Assembly: GCA_013288345.1 (NCBI GenBank)
Contig: JABDCA010000008.1
Coordinates: forward strand, 10,024 to 74,023
Direction: 5' to 3'
DNA from: Bacteroidota bacterium
GTDB taxonomy: Bacteria; Bacteroidota; Bacteroidia; JABEUT01
Length of the DNA stretch: 64,000 nt
Shown here: piece after piece, positions 17,135 to 25,317 of the stretch
Layout: the number at the start of each line of letters is the position of its first letter
How positions within the stretch are numbered: position 1 is the stretch's first letter
The notes under the pieces: generated by a model
The model's input: only the letters and a program-made list of their open reading frames with translations
The model's database searches: none
Told to the model about the DNA's origin: nothing
Made by a program: the position numbers and the translations under genes

Positions 17135-18820
17135 ATGAAACTACTTTTTTGCAAAAATTGGGGATATTTATTAGCGTTACTTATTGCGCCATACCTTTTA
17201 TTTAGCAGTGGCTGCGCCTCATTATTTGCCCCTCACACAACAAGTATCACTACCTGCCAGGATAGTACTTCATTAGATATTGTAAGCGGATACAGCTCCA
17301 GTGGCATGAGTAATAATTTTACTGTGCTGGCGCCCGGAAGAGAAAAAACAATTGAAATCTCAAATAGAATAAATTCTTACTCCGTTACCCAATCGCGTAA
17401 TGGGTACTTGCCATACACCCTACCCATTGCGCGTTATAAATTTAATCCGCTTAAACTAATTGATATTGGTGTAGATCTTGTAGGATCAATCGTAATGTTT
17501 CCTTTAGTTGAAGCCATTAACAACCCCCAAAATGGTGCCTTACCATTGCCCGGTAGCGGTTTATTAGGTGAATTAATCATTGATATTGGCACTTTGAGTT
17601 GGGGCGACCTGTTCATTGGTCCCTGGAAACTATATCCGAAAATAAATACCATGCCCGCTCTGGTTAAAATACCTTACCGGACTACTGATGAGAATAAGTT
17701 ATATGTAAAAAGCGTTGGTGTTGATATTAAAAAGAACAATCTGAAAGAAACCTATTATAAAAAATTCAAGGATTACTACGCACATATTGCCACAAATACA
17801 CGCTCCGAAGAAAATGCTATAAAACATCGTAATACGCAGTTTGCAGATACCTTAAACCATATACTTTTAAAGTGGAACTACCAAGACACAAATAGTGGAT
17901 TCTTTTCGCATGTATATAATGGCGCTTATTATTTAAAATGCGAGGTGAATGATTTTTCTATAGTTGGTGTTGACCGTTATATGTACGTAGATTTTAAATG
18001 CAATTGGCAAATATTTGGCACCACCAGCGATAATGAGATATATAGCTACACAACAGATTGCGCTTCATCATGGTTAGGAAATTCGGAGGGTGATCTTGAG
18101 TTTGACGAATTTGCTACTGATGTTTTACAGCGTTCTATGGCACAGTTTTTAAGTACAGATCAAGTACAGAAATGCCTGCACGATAAATCTGCAACTAACA
18201 CCATAATGCAAAAATGGGATGCAATAGCTGTTACCGGAACTGCAAAAGACTCTGTAGCTAACCTCGATGATGCCATACAAGCTGTTGTAACTGTTGTGGT
18301 GCCTGAAGGGCATGGCAGTGGTTGCATTATATCACCCGATGGATATTTAATAACTAACCACCATGTAGTAGTGGAAGACAGTACTAATAAAGTAAAAATA
18401 CTTTTTTCAAGCGGCGATTCTATGACTGCTACTATCATTCGCACTAATACAGAATATGACCTGGCCATTTTGAAATTAGATAAGCCCGGTACCTACAAAT
18501 ACTTTGCCGTTGATACAGCAACCAAAGAAGTTCCTATTGGTGATGACGTATTTGCTATAGGAACACCCGAAAGTATTTTATTGGGGCAAACACTTACAAA
18601 AGGTATTATTTCGGGGGAGCGCACTGCAGGCAGCAGAACCATTATACAGACCGATGTTACCATAAATCCGGGAAATAGTGGCGGTGCATTGGTAAATAGT
18701 GCCGGCCATTTAATAGGTATTGTAAATGCAAAAATGGCCGGTGTAGGCATACAGGGCATTGGCTTTGCAATACCGGTATCGTACATTGACGATGCATTAA
18801 AAGTGCAGTTCAAAAGGTAA
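17135..18820 (+). CDS. Lipoprotein with an unknown ~370-aa N-terminal domain and a C-terminal trypsin-fold serine protease domain, paralog C
   Basis: Signal peptide ending FSSGC. GHGSGCIISPDGYLITNHHVV, YDLAILKL, GNSGGALVN. Lies 2 nt after paralog B. Confidence 0.75.
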   Translation: MKLLFCKNWGYLLALLIAPYLLFSSGCASLFAPHTTSITTCQDSTSLDIVSGYSSSGMSNNFTVLAPGREKTIEISNRINSYSVTQSRNGYLPYTLPIARYKFNPLKLIDIGVDLVGSIVMFPLVEAINNPQNGALPLPGSGLLGELIIDIGTLSWGDLFIGPWKLYPKINTMPALVKIPYRTTDENKLYVKSVGVDIKKNNLKETYYKKFKDYYAHIATNTRSEENAIKHRNTQFADTLNHILLKWNYQDTNSGFFSHVYNGAYYLKCEVNDFSIVGVDRYMYVDFKCNWQIFGTTSDNEIYSYTTDCASSWLGNSEGDLEFDEFATDVLQRSMAQFLSTDQVQKCLHDKSATNTIMQKWDAIAVTGTAKDSVANLDDAIQAVVTVVVPEGHGSGCIISPDGYLITNHHVVVEDSTNKVKILFSSGDSMTATIIRTNTEYDLAILKLDKPGTYKYFAVDTATKEVPIGDDVFAIGTPESILLGQTLTKGIISGERTAGSRTIIQTDVTINPGNSGGALVNSAGHLIGIVNAKMAGVGIQGIGFAIPVSYIDDALKVQFKR

Positions 18821-18830
18821 TTATTCCGTG

Positions 18831-18856
18831 AATGCCTTATAAAACAGGCATTTTTG
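18831..18856 (+). terminator. Intrinsic terminator of the protease operon
   Basis: AATGCCT-TATAAAAC-AGGCATT followed by TTTT, 11 nt after the stop at 18820. Confidence 0.6.
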
Positions 18857-19013
18857 ACCTGTTGAAAACTCAGACACCATTTTGTAAATTATAATAAACA
18901 TAATGTTTATTTTTGTATTTGACTCAGGCTATTTAATTTCAGCCTGGGCATTGAAATAACCACCGCTGAAGCACACCACAGTTTACTTCACCACTTACAA
19001 AACACTACACAAA

Positions 19014-19523
19014 ATGGGACAAAGAATTGAATTCAGGCTAAGGCTGACCGAATTAGCCGAAAAATTAGAAGACGGTTGGAGCACAGGGTATATACTGCGC
19101 ACTTATATGCCCAAATGGGGCATGGCTAAGCGAAGCCTTGAGCGCTATATAGCCCTTGCAAAAGATATTGTATCGGCCCGCATGCAAAAGCGCGAAAATG
19201 TAGTTGAGGCTGTAAGGGCCGATATTATAGCCCATGAGGCTGAAAAATGGCTTAAAAGCACCCTGGAACTGGAAGCCAGGCTTTGTGCCATAGTATCTGG
19301 CAAAGTAGCATTCAACAAGCCTATGAAAAACGGGCAGGATATACAAAAGGTAGAAACGAATCCCAGTTGCGGCGAAGTAATACGCGCTATTGATATTTTG
19401 CTGAAACTGCGCGGTGTGTATAAAGCAGCCGATGGCACAAGAGATGAAGCAGCTATTTTCAAAATAATAGTAAAAAATGAAGAAGAAAAGAGACTAGTAG
19501 AGATGAACAGAGATAACCCATAA
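19014..19523 (+). CDS. Hypothetical 169-aa helical, charged protein, possibly with an HTH-like N-terminus
   Basis: The composition looks protein-like ([53 protein letters not shown]...), unlike the S/L/F-rich antisense ORF. I recognise no motif with confidence. The N-terminal half is reminiscent of small phage/plasmid DNA-binding proteins (weak recollection only). Confidence 0.5.
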   Translation: MGQRIEFRLRLTELAEKLEDGWSTGYILRTYMPKWGMAKRSLERYIALAKDIVSARMQKRENVVEAVRADIIAHEAEKWLKSTLELEARLCAIVSGKVAFNKPMKNGQDIQKVETNPSCGEVIRAIDILLKLRGVYKAADGTRDEAAIFKIIVKNEEEKRLVEMNRDNP

Positions 19524-19535
19524 AAAATACAGAAA

Positions 19536-19561
19536 CCGCCAAAAACCGCCACTTTCCGCCA
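19536..19561 (+). promoter_or_regulatory. Three CCGCCA direct repeats phased exactly 10 bp apart, immediately upstream of the mnmG -7 box
   Basis: CCGCCA occurs at 19536, 19546 and 19556 (aaaCCGCCAaaaaCCGCCActttCCGCCAaa). Confidence 0.4.
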
Positions 19562-19568
19562 AATAGCG

Positions 19569-19576
19569 TAAATTTG
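19569..19576 (+). promoter_or_regulatory. -7 promoter box TAAATTTG for mnmG
   Basis: TAAATTTG lies 18 nt upstream of the ATG at 19595. Confidence 0.5.
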
Positions 19577-19594
19577 CAACCCTTTGTAAAAAAA

Positions 19595-21460
19595 ATGTTT
19601 AAAGAATATGATGTAATAGTAGTAGGTGCCGGCCACGCAGGATGCGAGGCAGCAGCAGCAGCAGCCAATATGGGTTCCTCTGTTATGCTTATTACTATGG
19701 ACATGACTAAGATAGCTCAGATGTCGTGCAACCCTGCTATGGGTGGCATTGCCAAAGGGCAGATAGTACGCGAGATTGATGCATTAGGCGGATACTCCGG
19801 TATTGTGAGCGACAAAACTGCCATACAATTCAGAATGCTTAATCGCTCCAAAGGCCCAGCTATGTGGAGCCCACGTACACAAAACGATCGTGCTTTATTT
19901 ACGCTTGAATGGAGAAAAATGCTGGAAAATACATTGAATGTAGATTTCTTCCAGGATATGGTAAAGAACCTTATTGTTACTAACGACAAGGTTTGCGGGG
20001 TTGTTACCGGAATGGGTATTGAGATAAAAGGTAAATCGGTAATACTTACCAATGGCACATTCTTAAATGGATTGATACACATTGGCGAGAAACAATTTGG
20101 TGGTGGCCGTGTGGGCGAAAAAGCTGCAACGGGCATTACAGAACAGTTGCTGCAACTGGGTTTCGAGAGTGGCCGTATGAAGACAGGAACACCTCCCCGC
20201 ATTGATGGAAGATCGCTCGATTATTCGAAAATGGAAGAGCAAAAAGGTGATGAGGAACCTTCTAAGTTCTCCTACTCCAACGCTACTGAGCCACTCAAAA
20301 AACAACGCAGTTGCTATCTCACATACACCAGCGATGAAGTACATGAAATACTAAAAACAGGGTTCGATAAATCGCCTATGTATGCCGGAAGGATACAAGG
20401 GCTTGGTCCAAGGTATTGTCCTTCGATTGAAGATAAGATAAATAGGTTTGCCGATAAAGAACACCACCAGCTTTTTATTGAGCCTGAAGGATGGGAAACT
20501 GTTGAAGTTTACCTCAACGGATTCTCAACATCGCTACCTGAGGATGTACAATTTAAGGCATTATCGAAAATAAAGGGTTTAGAGGGGGTAAAGATGTTCC
20601 GACCGGGGTACGCAATAGAATATGATTACTTCCCTCCTGAACAGCTCTCTAATACGCTGGAAACGCGTCGAATTTCAAATTTGTATTTTGCCGGACAAAT
20701 CAATGGAACCACTGGCTATGAAGAAGCTGCTTGTCAGGGACTTATGGCTGGTATAAATGCCCACTTAAAGGTAAATAATGGCAAACCTTTCGTACTTTCC
20801 AGGTCTCAGGCCTATATTGGGGTACTAATTGACGATTTAATTACCAAGGGGACAGATGAGCCCTATCGCATGTTTACCTCAAGGGCTGAATACAGGATTT
20901 TGCTACGCCAGGATAATGCCGATATCAGGTTAACGCCCTTAAGTTATGAAATGGGGTTGGCTAAAGAAGATAGATTTAAACGAGTAAATGAGAAGATAAA
21001 AGGCAGTAAGGAAATAAGTAATTATTTAAGAAACGAAAGCCTTATTCCGGATGAAATAAACCCCATTCTAAAGGAGCTTGAGTCAATGGAAATTAATCAA
21101 AAAACGAAGGCCTTCCCTATCCTATCGCGCCCAAATATTACCATAAAAGATATAGCCAGAAGCTCAGGAAAGATCACTGAATATCTTGGACAATTCGACA
21201 ACGAAATCATAGAGGAAGCTGAAATAGAAATGAAGTATGAAGGCTATATTGCAAAGGAGCAAGAAACAGCCGACAAATTCCTACGGCTTGAGGAGCTTGT
21301 TTTACATGATCGCATAGACTACCATTCTCTTAAATCCTTGTCATTAGAAGCAAGGGAAAAGCTTACCAAATTCCGGCCAAAAACACTAGGCCAGGCATCG
21401 CGTATTAGCGGAATAAATCCATCTGATATTTCGGTTTTAATGGTGCATATTGGCCGTTAG
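19595..21460 (+). CDS. mnmG: tRNA uridine 5-carboxymethylaminomethyl modification enzyme MnmG (GidA)
   Basis: [23 protein letters not shown] fold, about 620 aa, typical GidA C-terminus. I moved the start to the ATG at 19595, because the ORF-track start at 19574 is a TTG that lies inside the promoter box. Confidence 0.9.
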   Translation: MFKEYDVIVVGAGHAGCEAAAAAANMGSSVMLITMDMTKIAQMSCNPAMGGIAKGQIVREIDALGGYSGIVSDKTAIQFRMLNRSKGPAMWSPRTQNDRALFTLEWRKMLENTLNVDFFQDMVKNLIVTNDKVCGVVTGMGIEIKGKSVILTNGTFLNGLIHIGEKQFGGGRVGEKAATGITEQLLQLGFESGRMKTGTPPRIDGRSLDYSKMEEQKGDEEPSKFSYSNATEPLKKQRSCYLTYTSDEVHEILKTGFDKSPMYAGRIQGLGPRYCPSIEDKINRFADKEHHQLFIEPEGWETVEVYLNGFSTSLPEDVQFKALSKIKGLEGVKMFRPGYAIEYDYFPPEQLSNTLETRRISNLYFAGQINGTTGYEEAACQGLMAGINAHLKVNNGKPFVLSRSQAYIGVLIDDLITKGTDEPYRMFTSRAEYRILLRQDNADIRLTPLSYEMGLAKEDRFKRVNEKIKGSKEISNYLRNESLIPDEINPILKELESMEINQKTKAFPILSRPNITIKDIARSSGKITEYLGQFDNEIIEEAEIEMKYEGYIAKEQETADKFLRLEELVLHDRIDYHSLKSLSLEAREKLTKFRPKTLGQASRISGINPSDISVLMVHIGR

Positions 21461-21473
21461 TTCCACGTGGAAC
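21460..21473. repeat. Perfect palindrome GTTCCACGTGGAAC (CACGTG core) overlapping the mnmG stop codon
   Basis: Read directly from the sequence. Related copies lie at 21599-21624 and 21657-21678. Confidence 0.8.
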
Positions 21474-21598
21474 ATTGCTATTTTATTAGCAAAATTGGTA
21501 AATATACTACCCAGAGATTAGGTCACTTATCGACCCGAGTCGGGTTTCTTATGTAATCAATTACCGTATCCCCTATCCCCATATTAAGACAAAACAAA

Positions 21599-21624
21599 GG
21601 CCATGTTTCACGTGAAACATGGCC
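21599..21624. repeat. 26-nt perfect palindrome GGCCATGTTTCACGTGAAACATGGCC
   Basis: Read directly. It is its own reverse complement. Confidence 0.85.
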
Positions 21625-21656
21625 AATTAATAAATGAGTGAACGGGGTCTACTGGG

Positions 21657-21678
21657 ATATGTTTCACGTGGAACACAT
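21657..21678. repeat. Imperfect palindrome ATATGTTTCACGTGGAACACAT, 6 nt from the kynA stop
   Basis: Read directly. It shares the TTTCACGTGGAAC core with the other two copies. Confidence 0.75.
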
Positions 21679-21683
21679 CAAGA

Positions 21684-22655
21684 TTATACCACGTTAGGCA
21701 CTATCTTTTTAACCCATGTTTTACCCCACTCCGCCTTCTCCTCTTCAGTCCAAAGCTCAGGATAAAATATAACACGCTGGAAGCGTGGAGGCAGGTATTT
21801 CTGCCAGTTTGTACCACCAGTAGCCGCAATAATATCCGGGTCACCTTGCAAGTACCTTACAGCCGATTTATAGTGCATAAGGCACCAGTTTACGTTCACG
21901 TTAGCATCTAGCTCCCTCAGCAACTTAATGAGCTCAGGATTCTTTTGATCTGCCGCAGGTAAGGTTCTAACCTTAGCATATACGTTTCCTTTTACGCAGC
22001 TCTCCGCAAGCCTTACAAACTCGTCTTTATACTTCTCTTCAAATTGCTTAAGGGTTAAAGTCTTCCTTCCGGTTGCCAATTCAGTAGCTCCGGCTTTCCA
22101 ATAAATATGTTCGTATTTGTCTGTCACCGAAGCATCCCTTATTCCAGGATTCTTAGAAACATAATCCTTATTGATCAGGTTAGCCATATCGGTAGAATGT
22201 AATTCAATCATCCGGTATTGGGCAGATTGAAATCCACTGGCTGGCAACAAGGCCATTCTAAACTTTAAGAACTGCTCCTTATCCATACCATCTACCATAA
22301 TATCGTAGGTAGTAACAAGGCCATCAAAATAGCGAACTATCCTGTTTATTTTATTGACTAAAAATGGCAAAGTTATTTTGTCTTCGGCAGCAATTTGTTC
22401 AAATTCATGTATGCATAATTTAAAGAATAGCTCCGTAATCTGATGATACATTATGAAGATCTTTTCATCCGGAAAGTTAGTTCTGGGGTTCTGAAGTGAT
22501 AGCAAGGTATCGGTATGTACATAGTCCCAGTACTTCAAATAATCCATATGAATAAGCCCATCAAGGTACGATACCATATCCTGGCCCATTGCCTGGTATT
22601 TCTCATCTAATTGTTTTATTCTGCTTACTATCTCAGGTGTAATTTCCATACTCAT
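21684..22655 (-). CDS. kynA: Tryptophan 2,3-dioxygenase
   Basis: 323 aa. LLSLQNPRTNFPDEKIFIMYHQITELFFKL matches the conserved helix B region of the TDO family as I recall it. Confidence 0.75.
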   Translation of the reverse strand: MSMEITPEIVSRIKQLDEKYQAMGQDMVSYLDGLIHMDYLKYWDYVHTDTLLSLQNPRTNFPDEKIFIMYHQITELFFKLCIHEFEQIAAEDKITLPFLVNKINRIVRYFDGLVTTYDIMVDGMDKEQFLKFRMALLPASGFQSAQYRMIELHSTDMANLINKDYVSKNPGIRDASVTDKYEHIYWKAGATELATGRKTLTLKQFEEKYKDEFVRLAESCVKGNVYAKVRTLPAADQKNPELIKLLRELDANVNVNWCLMHYKSAVRYLQGDPDIIAATGGTNWQKYLPPRFQRVIFYPELWTEEEKAEWGKTWVKKIVPNVV

Positions 22656-22658
22656 TAA

Positions 22659-23351
22659 TTATTTAAAGTGATTGAAGGCATAAGCAATACCAAAAGCTGC
22701 CCCGGCAGCCACTATACCAATCGCTGTGGTTTTTAATGCGCCGGCAAGAGGTTTCTGGCCAGTAAACTTGCTCTTTAAATAGCCAAAAACAATAAGGCAA
22801 AGTATTGTAAAAATAGCAGAATCTCTGAGGCCATTGGCAGGGGTAGAGGTGGTAATATAACCTAATAATGGTATTAACCCACCGACAATATAAGATATGG
22901 CTATATTCATAGCGCTCTTCCTGGCACGCTGAGCATCAGGCTGTTCCAGCCCAAGTTCGTAACGCATCATAAAATCGACCCACTGCTTTTCATCCTTTGC
23001 AAGCTCGTCGGCTATCATATCCTGCGCTTGTTTAGATAAACCGTAATTGGCAAAAACATCCCTAACCTCCTGTTTTTCATGCTCATAGCAGTCCTTAACC
23101 TCTCTATATTCTCTGGCAAGTTCCGAATAATAATGCTCCTCCTCAGTTTTAGCTGACAGGAACCCACCCAGGCCCATTGCAATGGATCCTGCGCATATTT
23201 CGGCTATGCCTGCCGTAATAATTATGCTATTTGATGCAACAGCCCCACTTATACCCGCAGTGAGCGCAAATGGCACCGTAATGCCGTCAGAGAGGCCAAT
23301 GATAACATCTCTTATAAAAGCCGGTTGCTTAAAGTGTCCTTCCTGGTGCAT
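22659..23351 (-). CDS. VIT1/CCC1-family iron/manganese transporter
   Basis: IIGLSDGITVPFALTAG, a central acidic cytoplasmic stretch, and 5 TM helices. Confidence 0.75.
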   Translation of the reverse strand: MHQEGHFKQPAFIRDVIIGLSDGITVPFALTAGISGAVASNSIIITAGIAEICAGSIAMGLGGFLSAKTEEEHYYSELAREYREVKDCYEHEKQEVRDVFANYGLSKQAQDMIADELAKDEKQWVDFMMRYELGLEQPDAQRARKSAMNIAISYIVGGLIPLLGYITTSTPANGLRDSAIFTILCLIVFGYLKSKFTGQKPLAGALKTTAIGIVAAGAAFGIAYAFNHFK

Positions 23352-23931
23352 GTGCTAAATTTAAAACGCTACCTAAATTAGTTAAGAAAAGCTTTATTGC
23401 AATGGCAAGCAAAACAATACCAAATACTTTTCGCAATATAATAATACCACCAGGGCCCAATAGTTTTTCGAGAAACTTAGTATTCCGTAAAACCACATAA
23501 ACAAATACCAGGTTAATAAGAATTCCGGCAATAATATTCTCAATTGAGAACTCAGCGCGAATTGATAAAAGTGTTGTTAATGTGCCTGTACCGGCAATCA
23601 GCGGAAATGCAATAGGCACGACTGATACAGCCGAGGTTGTTTCTTCTTTTGATAACTTAATACCAAGTACCATTTCAATACCAATGAAAAATATAACAAT
23701 CGCTCCGGCAAGGGCAAACGAAGGTATATCAAGGCCAATAAGTTTAAGTATAGATTCTCCAATAAAAAGAAAGACTACCATAATGGCGCCCGAAACAATA
23801 GTTGCTTTTCGGGCATTAATCTCTCCCATTCGGTTACCTAAATCAATAACTACAGGTATAGCGCCTAGAATATCAATTACTGCAAACAATATCATGCTTG
23901 CACTCGCTATTTGTTTAAGGTCGAAATTCAT
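23329..23931 (-). CDS. MarC-family (UPF0056) integral membrane protein
   Basis: 200 aa with six TM helices. The N-terminal FAVIDILGAIPV and mid-protein PIAFPLIAGTGTLTT are typical MarC motifs. Confidence 0.7.
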   Translation of the reverse strand: MNFDLKQIASASMILFAVIDILGAIPVVIDLGNRMGEINARKATIVSGAIMVVFLFIGESILKLIGLDIPSFALAGAIVIFFIGIEMVLGIKLSKEETTSAVSVVPIAFPLIAGTGTLTTLLSIRAEFSIENIIAGILINLVFVYVVLRNTKFLEKLLGPGGIIILRKVFGIVLLAIAIKLFLTNLGSVLNLAHAPGRTL

Positions 23932-23988
23932 TGTGCCGTAATTGTTTTACAAAAGTAGAAATAAATAATTGCCTGTTAAAACATACGC

Positions 23989-25287
23989 TCATGTATTGAT
24001 AGGTTTCTTTGTAGCTGAAGCAAACAGTAACCCTGCATTTATCAAAACCAAAGGGGTTAGGACAACATGAAATCTGTTGAGCTGCCAAAATGATATACCC
24101 GAAATGACAATAATAAACATGATAATGCCCCAATTAATAAAAGCAACGATTATGGTTTTATTGCCAAGTCTTTTTCTTATGAACATGATTAAAAATATAC
24201 CAATAACACCAAATTCGGTGAATAGTACATTCTGCCAATAACTAAGCCATATGCAAGCATTTTCTACTAAATCAAAAAAAGGCCAGTTTCTGTTATTTGC
24301 AATAGCAAAAGTACCAGGTGAGAACGTATTGATTTCAATATCAATTCTTAAGGCTTTTAAATAATTGCGTGTATTGTTTTTTAACTGGTCATTGCGGTCT
24401 GCATCACTAATAGAATCGATTTTTTGCCATTGTTTATTCTCTATAAAACTGTTCATAGTTTCCACCCTTGCTCTTTCTATCTTACTGAGATTTGCTTTAT
24501 CCCTGATGCTGCTTGCAAATGAGCCAATAAATTCATAAAGGGTTTTTTTTCCATTAAATGACAAAGTGTATATACCAAAATCCTTTTTCATCATTCCAAG
24601 TTGGAATGAAATACTCATTATGCCTATCAACAAAATAGAAAAATACCTTACAATGGTATTCCTAGGTGTTCCAATTCTATTTTTTAAGCCTATATATATT
24701 AAAACCAGCGTTACAGGCAGGAAAACAGGCCATAGAGTAGGCTTCATCAGTATTGACATGCAAAACAAAACAAAAGCCCATGCCAGTGAATTGATCTTTT
24801 CCCTATTAATATAAAGAGCAACAAAGTAAATGCTGCCGGTAATAATACAAGCATAAACGGTTTCAGTTAAAAAATAACAGATGTATTCTAAATTACCCAC
24901 ACAAAACATGCAAATGATCGCTGCTATCCAGGCAATTCGTTTTGAGGTAAATAAAGCAAGTGTATTAAACACAAACCAAACTGTCAAAACCCATGCTATA
25001 ACATTAACAAAAATTGCCCACAGGTATATAGAATTTATTCCGGCATTAAATATAATGGGTAGGCCAATTAGTAATGGATAGGCGAGGGGCCGCATAGGAT
25101 CGGCACTAAAGTGATGCAAAAAATTGGAGGCTGCATTTATATAGCTGTACGTGTCATTCGATTGCCTGGCCGGATTGTGATACAGTAAACACAAACCAAT
25201 GTAATTATCAAAAACCTGAGTAATGAAACCAAATGCAAGAAAAATAAATAAGGTCGCTGAAACTAGTATTATATTTTCCTTTTTCAA
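23989..25287 (-). CDS. Polytopic membrane protein (about 11 TM), possibly a GT-C-like glycosyltransferase
   Basis: Hydrophobicity pattern only, plus a soluble insert (residues ~250-320). No catalytic motif recognised. Confidence 0.5.
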   Translation of the reverse strand: MKKENIILVSATLFIFLAFGFITQVFDNYIGLCLLYHNPARQSNDTYSYINAASNFLHHFSADPMRPLAYPLLIGLPIIFNAGINSIYLWAIFVNVIAWVLTVWFVFNTLALFTSKRIAWIAAIICMFCVGNLEYICYFLTETVYACIITGSIYFVALYINREKINSLAWAFVLFCMSILMKPTLWPVFLPVTLVLIYIGLKNRIGTPRNTIVRYFSILLIGIMSISFQLGMMKKDFGIYTLSFNGKKTLYEFIGSFASSIRDKANLSKIERARVETMNSFIENKQWQKIDSISDADRNDQLKNNTRNYLKALRIDIEINTFSPGTFAIANNRNWPFFDLVENACIWLSYWQNVLFTEFGVIGIFLIMFIRKRLGNKTIIVAFINWGIIMFIIVISGISFWQLNRFHVVLTPLVLINAGLLFASATKKPINT

Positions 25288-25317
25288 TTTGCTATCTGCG
25301 GGTATTAAATTCGATAA

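Noticed and set aside
18821-19573. A prophage or integrative-element remnant around the 169-aa gene
   Set aside because: I found no integrase, tRNA, flanking direct repeats or other phage genes. One small HTH-like ORF is insufficient, so it is kept only as a low-level hypothesis in the findings.
19145-19636. A 163-aa minus-strand ORF overlapping almost all of the 169-aa plus-strand ORF
   Set aside because: The sequence is dominated by S/F/L/I runs (…[24 protein letters not shown]…) and it runs into the mnmG promoter and start. The plus-strand frame has balanced, helical, charged composition, so I called that one instead.
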